This document shows positions 1 through 12,809 of a stretch of 64,000 bases of DNA, in pieces. The first letter of the stretch is position 1; every line of letters begins with the position of its first letter. The stretch lies in NCBI RefSeq assembly GCF_009914755.1, contig NC_060938.1, one strand, 5' to 3'. The stretch comes from the human T2T-CHM13v2.0 reference genome, Homo sapiens. The notes beneath the pieces are model-generated. The model was not told where the DNA came from. It saw only the letters and a list, made by a program, of their open reading frames with translations, and made no database searches. The translations under genes were made by a program, and so were the position numbers.

Positions 1-59
1 TGTATTTGGAACAAACTTGTTATAAAAATCATATTTCTGGTAGACTAAAGGTGACAACA

Positions 60-2165
60 TCTTTCCTGCTCCTCTCTCTGTGAGAACCAATTCCCCTTAA
101 ACCTTGCCCAGACTACTGACTTGCTTGGCCAACAGAAGGTAACAAAGGTGGTATTTGGGGACTTCAGAAGCCAGGCTGAGAAAACAGAACACTTATCCAG
201 GAGAAAGCCAGTCACCAGGCAGGAAATCCCACTCCCCTGAGACCCCATGATGGAAACCACACGGCCAGTCCATGACTAGCTACATGCATTGACATCCCCC
301 ATTGACCCTCTAGCAACACCGACTCCCAACCACTAGTGAGCCTTCAGCAACATCCACTCCCAACCACTAGTGAGCCACCCTGCACACCACCCCGCTGTGC
401 TTTCACACAATCCAGCTTGGCTGCAACTGTGTGTGAGATGAGCTGGCCACCAAGACTCTCTAAGCCAAAAAACAAGTAATAATGAGTTGTTTTAAGCTGC
501 CAAGTTTTGGGGATGGTTTCTTCAGAATAGATAACTGGAACAGAATATTGTAGCTGGAAATGAGCCGCTGTGGTAATCAGAAGCTACAATATGTGCCACG
601 ACTGTGAGGCTGACCTGTAACTGGGCCTCAAGGAGAACATTCATGCAACCTGGAAGGGCAACAAGACTCTTGGTCAGGGCCTGAAAGACGGTGAGAAAAT
701 GTCATTGGAAACTGGGGAAAAGGCCTGAGAGTTATGTGCTGAGGGACTGTGAGAAAACTATGGCCACAACATGGAAACTGAAAGGGCACTGCACCATCTC
801 AGGGATCTGCCTAAGGAGACATCTGGGAAGAACATGGAAAGTGCTATCAGCCTCCCCTAACTGTCACTGAATAAACATGACAGGAGAGGGACATGATCTA
901 AAGAAGGAAGTTCAGTTTTCAAACAAAATTTAGAGAAAATATAAAGAAATAATTTCTTGTCTCAAAAGGCCAAAGAAAAAAAAAAGAAAAAAAAAATTAT
1001 AAAGAAGCCATTGAATACCCTATTGACCATAAGAAAAAGGCAGAGAAAGTTGGTCAACGGCAACCCAGGCACTGAAGGAAAAAGAACATGGAGAATGACA
1101 AAAGCCCAGAGGGAGGAGTAAAAGGACACAAACGCCGTTCTCAGGGACAAGGACTGGGCGCCGTTCTCAGGGACCTGGACTGGGCACTAATCACAGAACT
1201 GTAACAGGCGCCCCATGGTAATGACCAACTGTTAGACGGGGCCTGCAGGGCAGCACCTCCCTCCTGCCTCCCACCAACAGCTTCTACAGGGAAATGCCGA
1301 CTGTTTTCACACCAGTCCCCTCACTGCGGCTGAGTGTGTGGGCACAGATGATAGGTCACAACAACCTTATTCAGTCCTCACTGTGGCTGAGTGCGTCAGG
1401 GGCAGACAACAGGCCACCACAACCTGATTCAGTCCTCACTGTGGCTGTCTGTGGGGGGGCAGATGACAGGCCACCACAACTTGATTCAGTCCTCACTGCG
1501 GCTGAGTGTGTGTGGGTGCAGGTGACAGGCCACCACAACCTGATTCAGGATTCAGTTGGGCTACCAGCCAGTGCCATAAGGAAAACCATTCTGGGACTCT
1601 TGAGAGGGGCAAAGCATAATTTGCCTGTGGGAGAAACGTTAGTAGTTTGTGGCCAGAGGACAAACTGTGGTTTATTAAAGACTGCTGCAGGTTCCTACTA
1701 TGCTTCTCATCAAGAGGTGGAATCTAATCACCTTCCCTCCTTGAATCATGGCTGGTCTCAGTGATGAGTACGACTGGACAGTGTGGCAGGAGAGATGCTC
1801 TGGGACTTCTGAGGGATGATCATGAGAGACCTTACAGCTTCTGCCTGGGCCTCTTGGACACATACACTGGGAGAAGCCAGACAAACCTGACTACCTGACA
1901 CTGCCAGACTGGGAGGAAGTCCGTGCTGGCCACAAAGAGAGGGCTTGGTGCCTGCTCCATGTCCCCAGCCACTAGAGTCCTTCTGGTGCCTGCTTCACGT
2001 CCCCAGCCACTAGAGTCCTTCCAGATGAGACCAGGGACATCATGAAGCAGCCAACCCACATTGCCCTGTCCAGTGTCTTGACCCAGAAAATTGTGACATG
2101 TAAAAAGAATAAATTCCTGGTTTAAGCCAGTAAGGTTACTGGTACATTGTTACATTGCAGATAAT
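60..2165 (+). mobile_element. Old MaLR (MLT1-type) element: LTR - internal - LTR
   Basis: MLT1-like LTR 3' ends at ~480-542 (ttgttttaagctgccaagttttgggg...gataactggaaca) and ~2105-2165 (aataaa...tttaagccagtaagg...gataatt); MLT-int-like sequence between them. Boundaries approximate. Confidence 0.55.
1313..1548. repeat. Minisatellite, ~4 copies of a 57-58 bp unit
   Basis: tcact anchor recurs at 1321, 1378, 1436, 1493; unit cagtcctcactgYggctgagtgtgtg...aggccaccacaacctgatt. Confidence 0.9.
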
Positions 2166-2896
2166 TAAAACCTTGAAAAACTCATGAGAGATCCCAAGTA
2201 AAACCTTGATCTGAAACATGGCATGTGGCGATTTATATTGAGTATTAGGTTAAAAATGCAAGATTGGAGAATAGTTAATATTTTACGTTAAAGCTAAAAC
2301 TATAATTGCCCACTTAAAATTTTCAGTTATTTAGGTTGTCACTTTTTGTTCTTAACCAAGAAATCAACTAGTTTTAGTCCATAAACAGTTGGAACTGATG
2401 CACACATCCGTTTTTCCTTACTCATTTTAAGCAGCTATCTGAAATAGGAAGCGTAATATAATCTTTAAAGAATCTGAAAATATGACAGAAATGTTTAAAC
2501 TATAAACATATATTGTAAATGTTAGCATATTATATACATTGCATATTAACATAAGCTAAAATCATTGATATAAATTTATATAAACAAAAGGTAGAAAATA
2601 TGACAATGTTCTTCTTGTTTTTTGTCTTTGCATATTTCTTTATTGGCCCTTGTCAAACGTGACCCACTAACTCCTGAATGCTTTGTCTCTCCCCATGGAT
2701 TCCTAAGGATGTCACCACAGTGCTGGCCAGATGCACAGATCACAGGTGACTGAACCTCATCACCCCACGAACACACCCTTCAGGTTTTGCCAAGAATGAC
2801 ACTGTAAATATAACAAAGCTCCTGTGCTTGTTAGTGAACACCAATTCAGCTTCTCTCCTGTATTTGGAAATCAGGATGAGATGAAAACAACAAGCA

Positions 2897-3200
2897 GGCC
2901 AGGCACGGTGGCTCACGCCTGTAATCCCAGCACTTTGGGAGGCCGAGGCGAGTGGATCACCTGAGGTCGGGAGTTCGAGACACCCTGATCAAAACAGAGA
3001 AACCCCATCTCTACTAAAAATACAAAATTAGCCGGGCGTGGTGGCACATGCCTGTAATACCAGCTACTCAGGAGCTGAGGCAGGAGAATTGCTTGAACCC
3101 AGGAGGTGGAGGCTGCAGTGAGCTGAGATCACACCACTGCGCTCTAGCCTGGGCAACAAGAGCGAAACTCTGTCTCAAAAAAAGAAAAATAAATAAAAAT
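2897..3200 (+). mobile_element. AluSp-like SINE with TSD
   Basis: Full dimeric Alu with A-rich tail; TSD aaaa(c/g)aacaag(c/g)a on both sides. Confidence 0.92.
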
Positions 3201-3601
3201 AAAAGAACAAGGAAACAAAAGCAACAAGGCTTGACACCAGATGAGCCTGAATCTAAGCAAGAAAAGCCCAGAAGAAATCCCATTTTGGGTCACTGGCTGC
3301 ATGGTAGTAATGCCATACACATAAGGAAGAGAAGAGGATGTGGCTTTCACTTCGAATTTTTTGAGCTTAAGGTAAATTTGGATAGCTACAAAGAAGCATT
3401 CAACAGAGAGTTAAACCTATGATGGAAAGACTGAAGAGGTCCAAGCTGTAGAGAAACAGGACTGCAAACCACAAAGGGCTGAATCAGTCAAGGAGAACTG
3501 CAGGGCAAGATGAACAGGGACCAATGGAACATTTGGATAAGCTGTTGAGAAGAAAGGAGAATTCAGAGAAAAAGAACTATCAGTGAGGTCATAATAGGAA
3601 C

Positions 3602-4058
3602 TGTTACAGTGAACTAAATATGGCCTGGGAAGGACTCTGTACTTCTAGATTTGAGTCCCTGTGGACAAACTGCAACCTAACTTAATAGGTAGAAAGACTG
3701 AAAACCTAACTTAGGAGTATGTGCCTAAAACAGTAGCTGAGTCCTGGCCAATCCCAACAGCCAAACTTCTGCCACTCACACACTGCTGAGTGTTCAGCTG
3801 TGTTCAAATAAGGCAAATGCTGAGCACTGTAACCAGTCCAGTTGTTTCTGGACCTCACTGCTGAGAACTGTAATGGACCCAGTTGCTTCTAGACCTCACT
3901 CCTCACTTCAGATTTTTGTACATCATGTTCCCTTTATTGTCTATAAATCTTCCACCATGTGTCTGTGCTGGAGTCTCACTGAATCTGCTGTGATTCTGGG
4001 GGCTGCCTGATTCGTGAATCCTTCATTGCTCAATTAAGCTCCTTTAAATTTAATTCAG
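3602..4058 (+). mobile_element. MER57 5' LTR
   Basis: tgttacagtgaactaaatatggcctg...gattttcttttaata; carries an internal ~42-bp duplication at ~3826-3900. Confidence 0.88.
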
Positions 4059-4060
4059 CT

Positions 4061-4078
4061 GAAGATTTTCTTTTAATA
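4061..4078 (+). other. Primer binding site, tRNA-Leu(CAA)
   Basis: TGGTGTCAGAAGTGGGAT is complementary to the tRNA-Leu 3' end (ATCCCACTTCTGACACCA) and lies immediately after the LTR. Confidence 0.85.
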
Positions 4079-4217
4079 GATGGTGTCAGAAGTGGGATCC
4101 GTGGGAGCAGGACTGCTAGGGCCTCTGGAGCTATACTGTGGTGAGCAGTGTTGCTAAGGCTTCTAATGACCCCCAGAGTGCTGAGGTACAAGGAAGGAAC
4201 CTGAAAGGACCCATTTA

Positions 4218-5472
4218 TGATGGCAGCAGTGGCCCACGTGGAGCAGTTGCTATGGAGACACTGGCTGCAGTGGGGAGGAGTGGCTCGGGCTGTGCACTCC
4301 TCAGAGCTGGTGGGAGCCAGGAATGGGTGGGAGACCTGCCCCTTCTAAATTATCAGGCAGGAGCCCCGCCCTCCCAGGCACAGCTGCAGCCATCCAGCCA
4401 TGACTGCAAACCCAGGCATCTCTGCACTCTCAGAGGCCCAGCAAGCCCCCCTGTCCCGCAGGCTCAGTTGTACCTGGTCCTGCCCCCTGGCATCTCTCTG
4501 CTTCCAGAGCCCACTCCAAATTCAGATCCAAGTTGAGGCCAAACCTGGGCACAGTCACAACCTGGCCTGGTTTGTGCAAGCTCAGGGCAGTGCTGACATG
4601 CCAGCCCCCTGCCACCTCGGCCCCCTCCAGAATTTGGGCACTGACAAGCACAGGAGGGAGGCTGAGGTGTGGCTAAGAGTGGCTCAGCAGTGGCCGGAAG
4701 GCCCTCCTCAGCTCGAACGCCTGGGCACTATGGGCACAGCTACCCACCGTGCGTCTCCTCTCAGCTGCTGAGAGCTGAACAGACGTTGGGATGACCTGCC
4801 TGCAGAAAGGAGCTACCCACTGCAGGTCTCCTCTGAGCTGTACTGTGGCTCAATAAAGCACCTCTTCACCTTGCTCACCTTCTACTTGTCCACATACCTC
4901 ATTTTTCCTGGACTCAGGACAAGAACTCAGGACCTGCCAACTAGCAGGGCTGAAAGAGGTGTAACATAAACAGGGCTGAAACGCTATCCTTTCTTGCCAA
5001 ATTGCAGGCAAGAAGAAGAGAAGAGAGAAGGAGAGAAGAGCTGTGTCCCTTCAGGGAACACAGACCTAGGAGCTCCTCCAACCAGGGCTGTGACACCTTC
5101 TTTGGGGCTCTGCAGGTCCTGCATCTCCAAGCTTCTGGGTGCCACTGCATTCCCTGATACCCACAGTGGAAGCTGTTTGCAGTCGGCCTGGTCCAGCTGC
5201 AGCCTCACAGGGAGCTGGCACCTGTGCCTGGAGCTGCCCACCCCACTGCAGCTGGCATGCTTGGCTGTGTGCAGTGGCCAGATCCCATGCTCGCTTGCTC
5301 ACACACCCTTCACTGCTCTGTACCCAGCTCGCCCTTGGCAGGTGTGGGATCCAGACCACTAGCATGAGCTGAGTGGACAGAACTAACCCAGTGGGCCCGA
5401 GCAAAACACAGGTAAAGGTGCCACCAGCCAGAGGTTTCAGGCAGAAAAGTGACACCTCAGGATTCTGTAACA
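4218..5472 (+). mobile_element. MER52-family solo LTR inserted in the MER57 internal region
   Basis: GC-rich; starts tgatggcagcagtggccc, ends gacacctcaggattctgtaaca; AATAAA at ~4852. Explains the GC-rich ORFs at 4138-5473. Confidence 0.8.
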
Positions 5473-6413
5473 CTTGTGTCCTTTGATCTCTCGGAGCAGC
5501 TGGGGATCATGGTAAATTTTCTCTCGGATTTCAGAGCTCCATGGATTTGTGTTTTGAGCTCTGAGTTTCTTTGAGCAAATTTCTGTTCCAAACTGCTATC
5601 CAGCCATGACTGGCTGGATGTTTTAGAAGTTATAACAGAAAAGGGACCGGGTCCAGGATCAGATTTGATCCAGTAGTTAATTGGCTTGAATCCAGTTCCA
5701 GTTAGAGGCCTCCTACATCTGACTGGGTCAGAAGGAAAGTGGTAGTAAATGATAATATTGGAAGATTGTAACATTTGGCTTTTGAAAATTCACAGGGATT
5801 TTTGTGTTCTACCCCTTTGTTTCATTTTTCTCACACGCTTAGGCAGGAAAAAAAAATCATTGGCTAAGTTAATGAAGGGAACCTGGGAGTAAAGCCAATA
5901 TTTTAGGTAAAAATAGGATCCTTAATTTCTGGAAAACTAAGCTCCTTCTGGCTAATACATTAGGCCTGGGAAGCAGCAAAGTCTTACAGAAATGGCAAAA
6001 TCTTATTAAGATAACTTACAGTGGAACATTCCAAATGAATAATGCCCTGAAGTGCATTTAAAAATGAGGGTTCCCAAATTAGTCTCATCTAGGGATGCCT
6101 ATTAATATGCAGAAGCTTCTAAAAAGATTTAGAGATGGCACCGCCCATCTGGGAGCAAGTTTGAGTCTTACCAGTTTGATACTGGGTGCTGAGCAAAGTG
6201 GCACGTGTCTATGTTTTGTCACATGTATTTTGCTCTGGGCAGAATGAAAAATGTTAATTTGGTTACTCCAAGCAACCCCTTGGGCAGCATCTTGCAAAGC
6301 TGAGTGGATTCTTCCTGTGATTCCATGATTTTCCATTGTGATGCAGCTTGGCCCCCAGAGCTATAATGTGGTGAGGAGGGTGACAGAGCAAGACGCAATC
6401 TTTAAAAAAAAAT

Positions 6414-6712
6414 GGCCAGGTGCAGTGGCTCATGCCTGTAATCCCAACACTTGGGGAGGCTGAGGCAGGTGGATCACCTGAGGTCAGGAGTTCAGGGCCA
6501 GCCTGACCTACAAGGAAAAACCCCGTCTCTACTAAAAACACAAAATTAGCTGGGCATGGTGGCACATGCCTCTAATCCCAGCTACTCAGGAGGCTGGGGC
6601 AGGAGAATCGCTTGAACCCGGGAGGCAGGGGGTTGCAGTGAACCGAGATCACACCATTGCACTCCAGCCTGGGCAACAAGAGGGAAAATCCATCTGAAAA
6701 AAAAAAAAGAAA
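6414..6712 (+). mobile_element. AluS
   Basis: Full Alu consensus with poly(A) tail. Confidence 0.92.
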
Positions 6713-7231
6713 GAATAATAGGTTTGTCTATAAGGTTTTATGAAAATGTGGGTGACATTTGGCTTTCTCTCTTTAAAGAAGATGTTCAGGTAATATTAAA
6801 AAATAATGAAAAATTTGTTTGCCTTTTAAATAAACTACCAAAAAAAAAAAAAAAAAGGAAAAACAAGAGGCAGATCGTTTGTGAAGATGTCTTCCCTCTA
6901 TCAATGAGTAAAGATTTTTGCCCTTTAAAACTTTTTTAAGTCATGATTTTAAGTAAATGAATGACTTACGGTGACCTGGAATTCTATTTCATAACATCAA
7001 GTGTTTAAACTTTTAATATATTTAATAGGCTTCCCAAAATCAAATTTCAACTTCAAAATTGTCTTTTCTGACCTCTAAATTTGGGATACTACAGAGGCCC
7101 TTGAAGCACCCAAAAGAGAGGTAAACAGGACTATTTAACATGTTAAGTCACATGGGTAGCACTGTCAAAATAAAACATAATGTTGAACCTTTTTCAGGTT
7201 ATATTTAGTTTATGTCATCAACCCGTTCTAA

Positions 7232-7552
<321 letters not shown>

Positions 7553-7601
7553 AGGATTCTAAAATTCTAATATGCCTATATGCTATCTATCATAATTACC
7601 T

Positions 7602-7913
<312 letters not shown>

Positions 7914-8197
7914 TAAGTTATTGTAGACCACAGAAATAACCAAATTTCCTTATCAATTGTCTTTAACTATAACTATTTAAAGTCATTTCCACAGTTAATT
8001 GCTTAATGATGATGCAGTTTCTAAAAACTTCACAAGCATGCAAAATTCTAGAATAGAAGATTCATGAAAGAATGAAAAGGACCATGAAAAACACTCGGGA
8101 ACACAGGTTTCTAATAACTTTAATATCATGGGTAAAAATTCCCCATAAGTTCCCCGATCCCCCAATAATTGGACTGGTTAAGAATTCTCAAAAGTTA

Positions 8198-8587
<390 letters not shown>

Positions 8588-9791
8588 CTAAATCACCAAT
8601 ATTGAAATTGTTTAGATATATAATTTAAATAAACTCCATGGTCTAAGCCAAATTACCTATAACTCATCAGTTACCAGTGCCATGCACCTAATTTGAAGAA
8701 ACAGCTGGTATTCAAGAGGATGTAAGTCTAATGTTAATTAAGCACGGACTTATGAAGAACCAGGATGGCCACCTTTCCGTCTTAAGTCCTTAAAACTTTT
8801 GTTATTAAAAGTTCTGCATTCCATAACTCATCATGGAAAGAGAAAATGATCCAAATTAAATATATTGCTGTGGTGATCTCTAAATTGCTAAAATAGTTTA
8901 TAATCAATGTTTGGTTTGTCAAACCTATATTCCTAGGAAAACAATCAAAACTTCAGGTGCATTTGGTTACCTGATGGGCCATTTAAACATTTTATAAAGG
9001 GATTTCATTCAGTTGTCATTTTCAGTGCATGTTTTCTGATTGTAAAAAAGCTCTTCCATGCAAGAGGGTTGATGTTAAAACAGTAGATTATTATGCTGAA
9101 GTGTATTTTCACCAGATAAAGAAAGACTTTTATGGTTCACAGAGGACAGCCAACCCCTTCACAATCTAGAATCTGATGACTGGATCTTCTGAGAACATCA
9201 GAGGACTGCCCTTGCCATTCACATGACAGCAAAACTTTAAAACCTTAAACTTTGGGTTCATAGTCTTACAACTCAGAAGGGTCCCTCCACAATTGGAACC
9301 ATACACCCCTTGGAACCCTTAATGTAAAGCTAACAAGGACAGTTCCCCCCCAGAAGAAGATGGCATCCTTAATGTGAACAGCTTTTCCCAAGATCACAGA
9401 TCAAGACTTCTCTACTATTATGAGACTCTTATCTTAAGTATCTGTGCAGCTGCTAACATGGCATATGGAGAAAACATCGGGTATTATAAAGATTTGGTTG
9501 TAGGGAATTAACAAAAAAACCCACTTAGTTAAGCAAGTAAACTCTTTATCTAATTCATTCTTTAATCTATTTGATTTTAGGTGGTTTGATTTATGGGGAC
9601 CCTGAGTAAGGAGCATATACCAAATTCTTGGTGTTATCCCAATAGTCATAAGAGTCTCCCTGGTGCACTGTACTTACTCAAATGTTTTAAGAGTTTGCAT
9701 GCAGCCATCTCTAAAATGTCAAATGGTATCTCTTCAACTGGAATGACAACAGATTAAAAAAATGTGCAATCATAAGGACACCGTAACCTAT

Positions 9792-10071
9792 GAGTGACAT
9801 GCTAAACCAGAAACCCAAAACAATGGGAGTGACATGCTAAACCAGAAACCCAAAACAATGGGACTGATGTACTAAAACCGGAACCCAAAACAATGGGAGT
9901 GATGTACTAAAACCAGAACCCAAAACAATGGGAGTGACGTGCTAAACCAGAAACCCAAAACAATGGGAGTAACATGCTAAAACCAGAACCCAAAACAATG
10001 GGAGTGACGTGCTAAAACCATTACCCAAAACAATGGGAGTGATGTGCTAAACCGGAAACCCAAAACAATGG
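9792..10071. repeat. Minisatellite, 8 x 35 bp, in the 3' region of the MER57 provirus
   Basis: caatgg recurs at 9821, 9856, 9891, 9926, 9961, 9996, 10031, 10066; unit gagtgacatgctaaaccagaaacccaaaacaatgg. Confidence 0.97.
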
Positions 10072-10146
10072 TAACTAAGAGTGAGGCTAAGGCCCTACAT
10101 TTTGGTCACACTCTCAACTAAGTGAGAACTTGACTGAAAAGGAGGA

Positions 10147-10442
10147 TTTTTTTTTTTTCTGAGACAGAGTCTTGCTCTGTCCCCCAGAGTGGAGTGCAGT
10201 GGCATGATCTCGGCTCACTGCAAGCTCTGCCTCCCGGGTTCAGGCCATTCTCCTGCCTCAGCCTCCTGAGTAGCTGGGACTACAGGCACCCGCCAGCATG
10301 CTTGGCTATTTTTTTGTGTATTTAGTAGAGATGAGGTTTCACCGTATTAGCAAGGATGGTCTCAATCTCCTGATCTCGTGATCTGCCCACCTCGGCCTCC
10401 CAAAGTGCTGGGATTACAGGCATGAGCCACCGTGCCCAGCCA
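10147..10442 (-). mobile_element. AluY
   Basis: Antisense Alu; TSD aaaaggagga(a)ttttt. Confidence 0.92.
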
Positions 10443-10815
10443 AAAGGAGGAATTTTTTAAGCAAAATTATGGGAGGCCATTGTTTTGAACTAAGCTCATG
10501 CAATAGGTCCCAACAGAACAAACCAAACCAAAATGGAGTCACTCATGTTAAATGGAACATAATCAAACTAAGACTTTAAGGAAACACATAAATCCTAGAA
10601 CAAACCAGGTTTTGTTTTTCTCCTGTAAACAGGATGTTCCAGCATAAGAAGACACCTTCTACTCAAGTCCTTGTTCCACCTTTTCAAATCTCACTGTTCT
10701 ATTTCCCAGTGGGTTTCTAAACCAAATAAGTACATTTGCAAGGGTAATAGTGACACCAGTGACTGAAGTTTTGGCCAATCTCTCAAAATTGAGAAAATAA
10801 CCAAAGGGAAGGCAT

Positions 10816-11214
10816 TGTTAAAGTGAACTAAGTATGTCCTGAGAAGGACTCCATAATTATATATATGAGTCCTTGTGGATGACCTGCAACCTACCTTAAT
10901 AGGTAAACAAGAATGAAAACCTAACTTGAGTGTATGCACCTCAAACAACAGCTACATCTTGGTCAATCCCAATGGCCAAACTTCAACCACTCAGGCACTG
11001 CCAAATGTTCAAACTGTGCTCAAACAAGGCAAACGCTGAGTTGTTTCTGTACCTCACTTCCGATTTCGGTATGCCACTTCCCTTTTGTCTACAAATCTTC
11101 TTCCACCACATGACTGTGCTGGAGTCTCTGTGAATCTGCTGTGATTCTGGGGACTTTCCGATTCATGAATCGTTTATTGCTCAATTAAACTCCTTTAAAG
11201 TTTTTCTTTTAACA
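10816..11214 (+). mobile_element. MER57 3' LTR
   Basis: tgttaaagtgaactaagtatg...tttttcttttaaca; homologous to 3602-4058 (about 16 mismatches in the first ~90 nt, counted by eye). Confidence 0.88.
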
Positions 11215-11270
11215 GAACTAACACGGAAGAATTTCCAGATCATGAACAGATGTTTTATAATACCCAACGT

Positions 11271-11861
11271 TGTATTAACATGAATAGACTCTTCCTTAGA
11301 TAGCTAACCTTGTTTTTAATATGAATAGACTCTCCCTTAGCTGAGAAAACCAGACAAACTCCATTTGGCTCCTTCATTTACAAGACATCAAGGGCTACTT
11401 ACCCACCCCCTTTCCTCAAGGACTTTAACTTGTGCAAGCTGATTTTCAACATATCAAAGAGTGCAATTAACTGATAAAGTGCTGAGGCAAGTGATGTCCG
11501 CAGTTTCCAGCAAATTACTCAGAGATAATATCATAAAGCCCCCACATTTGTCTGGAAGATAATGCCCAGAGCCCCCTCACTCATCACTTTGTGGTGAATT
11601 TAAAGCCTCTGCACCTGGAACAGTTTGTTTTCCTGTAACCATCTGTCTTTTTAAGTTTTTTGTCTGTTTTTTCTTCTGTAAGTTTATTGCAGCTGGAATC
11701 CCCCCTCCCCTCTCTAAACCAATGTATAAAAGAAAATCTAGCCCATTCTTTAGGGCCGAGAGTATTTCCTGTGTTAGCCGTCTCTCAGTCACCAGCTAAT
11801 AAAGGACTCCTGAATTCGTCTCAAAGTGTGGCATTTCTCTGTAACTCGTTTGGGTACGACA
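11271..11861 (+). mobile_element. Class I ERV solo LTR (MER67-like, subfamily uncertain)
   Basis: TG...CA ends, CCAAT and TATA-like (aaccaatgtataaaag, ~11718-11733), AATAAA at ~11798. Confidence 0.5.
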
Positions 11862-12210
11862 GTTTCAACTATGGTAGAAGACTCGAGTAAGACAAATACA
11901 GCCCCCCTAAATTTGACTATTATTTAGGTTAATGGTGAGTTTAGAAGAAATAAGTTAAGACTACACAGAGTGGGCTAAATTGCAAATAAACACTGAAAAT
12001 ATTTCCCAGAAAATATGACTTTGAACAGGCTGCTGCACACCCTGCATGTAGAGATAAACTAAGAAAAATGTGTGGAGAGTTATTTAAGGACCTGTGGTTA
12101 ACTCAGTCCTCAAGATGTTCTGGGTTTCATCCATGAGTCAAGGAGGACCTCCCAAAAGCTGTTTGGGACCACACTCTTTGAGCAAGGAGCATACCTTATG
12201 ATGGAAGCTG

Positions 12211-12418
12211 TGCTTTAGCAGGAGATGACCATTTCCACTGCACAACACGCCGTGCTTTAGCAGACGATGACCATTTCCACTGTACAACATGCTGTGCTTT
12301 AGCGTCAGATGACCATTTCCACTGCACAACACGCCATGCTTTAGCGGAAAATGACCATTTCCACTGCACAACACGCCATGCCTTAGCGGAAGATGACTGT
12401 TTCCACTGCACAACACTA
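12211..12418. repeat. Minisatellite, ~5 x 42 bp
   Basis: Unit gtgctttagcaggagatgaccatttccactgcacaacacgcc; 14-aa periodicity visible in both minus-strand ORFs. Confidence 0.95.
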
Positions 12419-12809
12419 CAAGTGCTTACTGCCAGACCGGTGTGAAATATGTTCCAGCACATAATCTATGTCACCAATGAAGGTGGTGGTTAAGACTTGG
12501 TGCACACAAGCTTTCCTGTCCCACAAGAACACAGCATGCTCTCTTTTCGGGTTCCATTCCAATCACGTAACAAACATGACTGCCTTTTTTGTTTCGGCAT
12601 CAGAAAGATCAGAGGAAACTTTGCACTCAACTTAGACAACTCTAAGCTTTTATAACCTGTCTATATCTACAGGTCAGCTTTATCTTATTTATGTATATTT
12701 CCTTCAACCTGAGTTTTACTTATTTCCACTTTTCCTTTTTAATTCACAGACACCCATAAACTCAGAAAATACAGTGTAAAACAAAGTGAAGAACAAATAA
12801 AAAACTCAC

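Noticed and set aside
1294-1764. 156-aa ORF with internal repeats
   Set aside because: Produced by the 57-58-bp minisatellite inside a MaLR; the frame shifts between units and there is no gene context.
4061-4078. tRNA gene fragment (also 41385-41402)
   Set aside because: Only the ~18-nt complement of a tRNA 3' end next to an LTR, i.e. retroviral primer binding sites rather than tRNA genes.
4138-5473. Many overlapping ORFs (and similar ones at 21805-22240)
   Set aside because: They lie in GC-rich MER52 LTR sequence.
9792-10071. CRISPR-like regular array
   Set aside because: Head-to-tail near-identical units with no unique spacers, no cas genes, and a primate context; it is a minisatellite.
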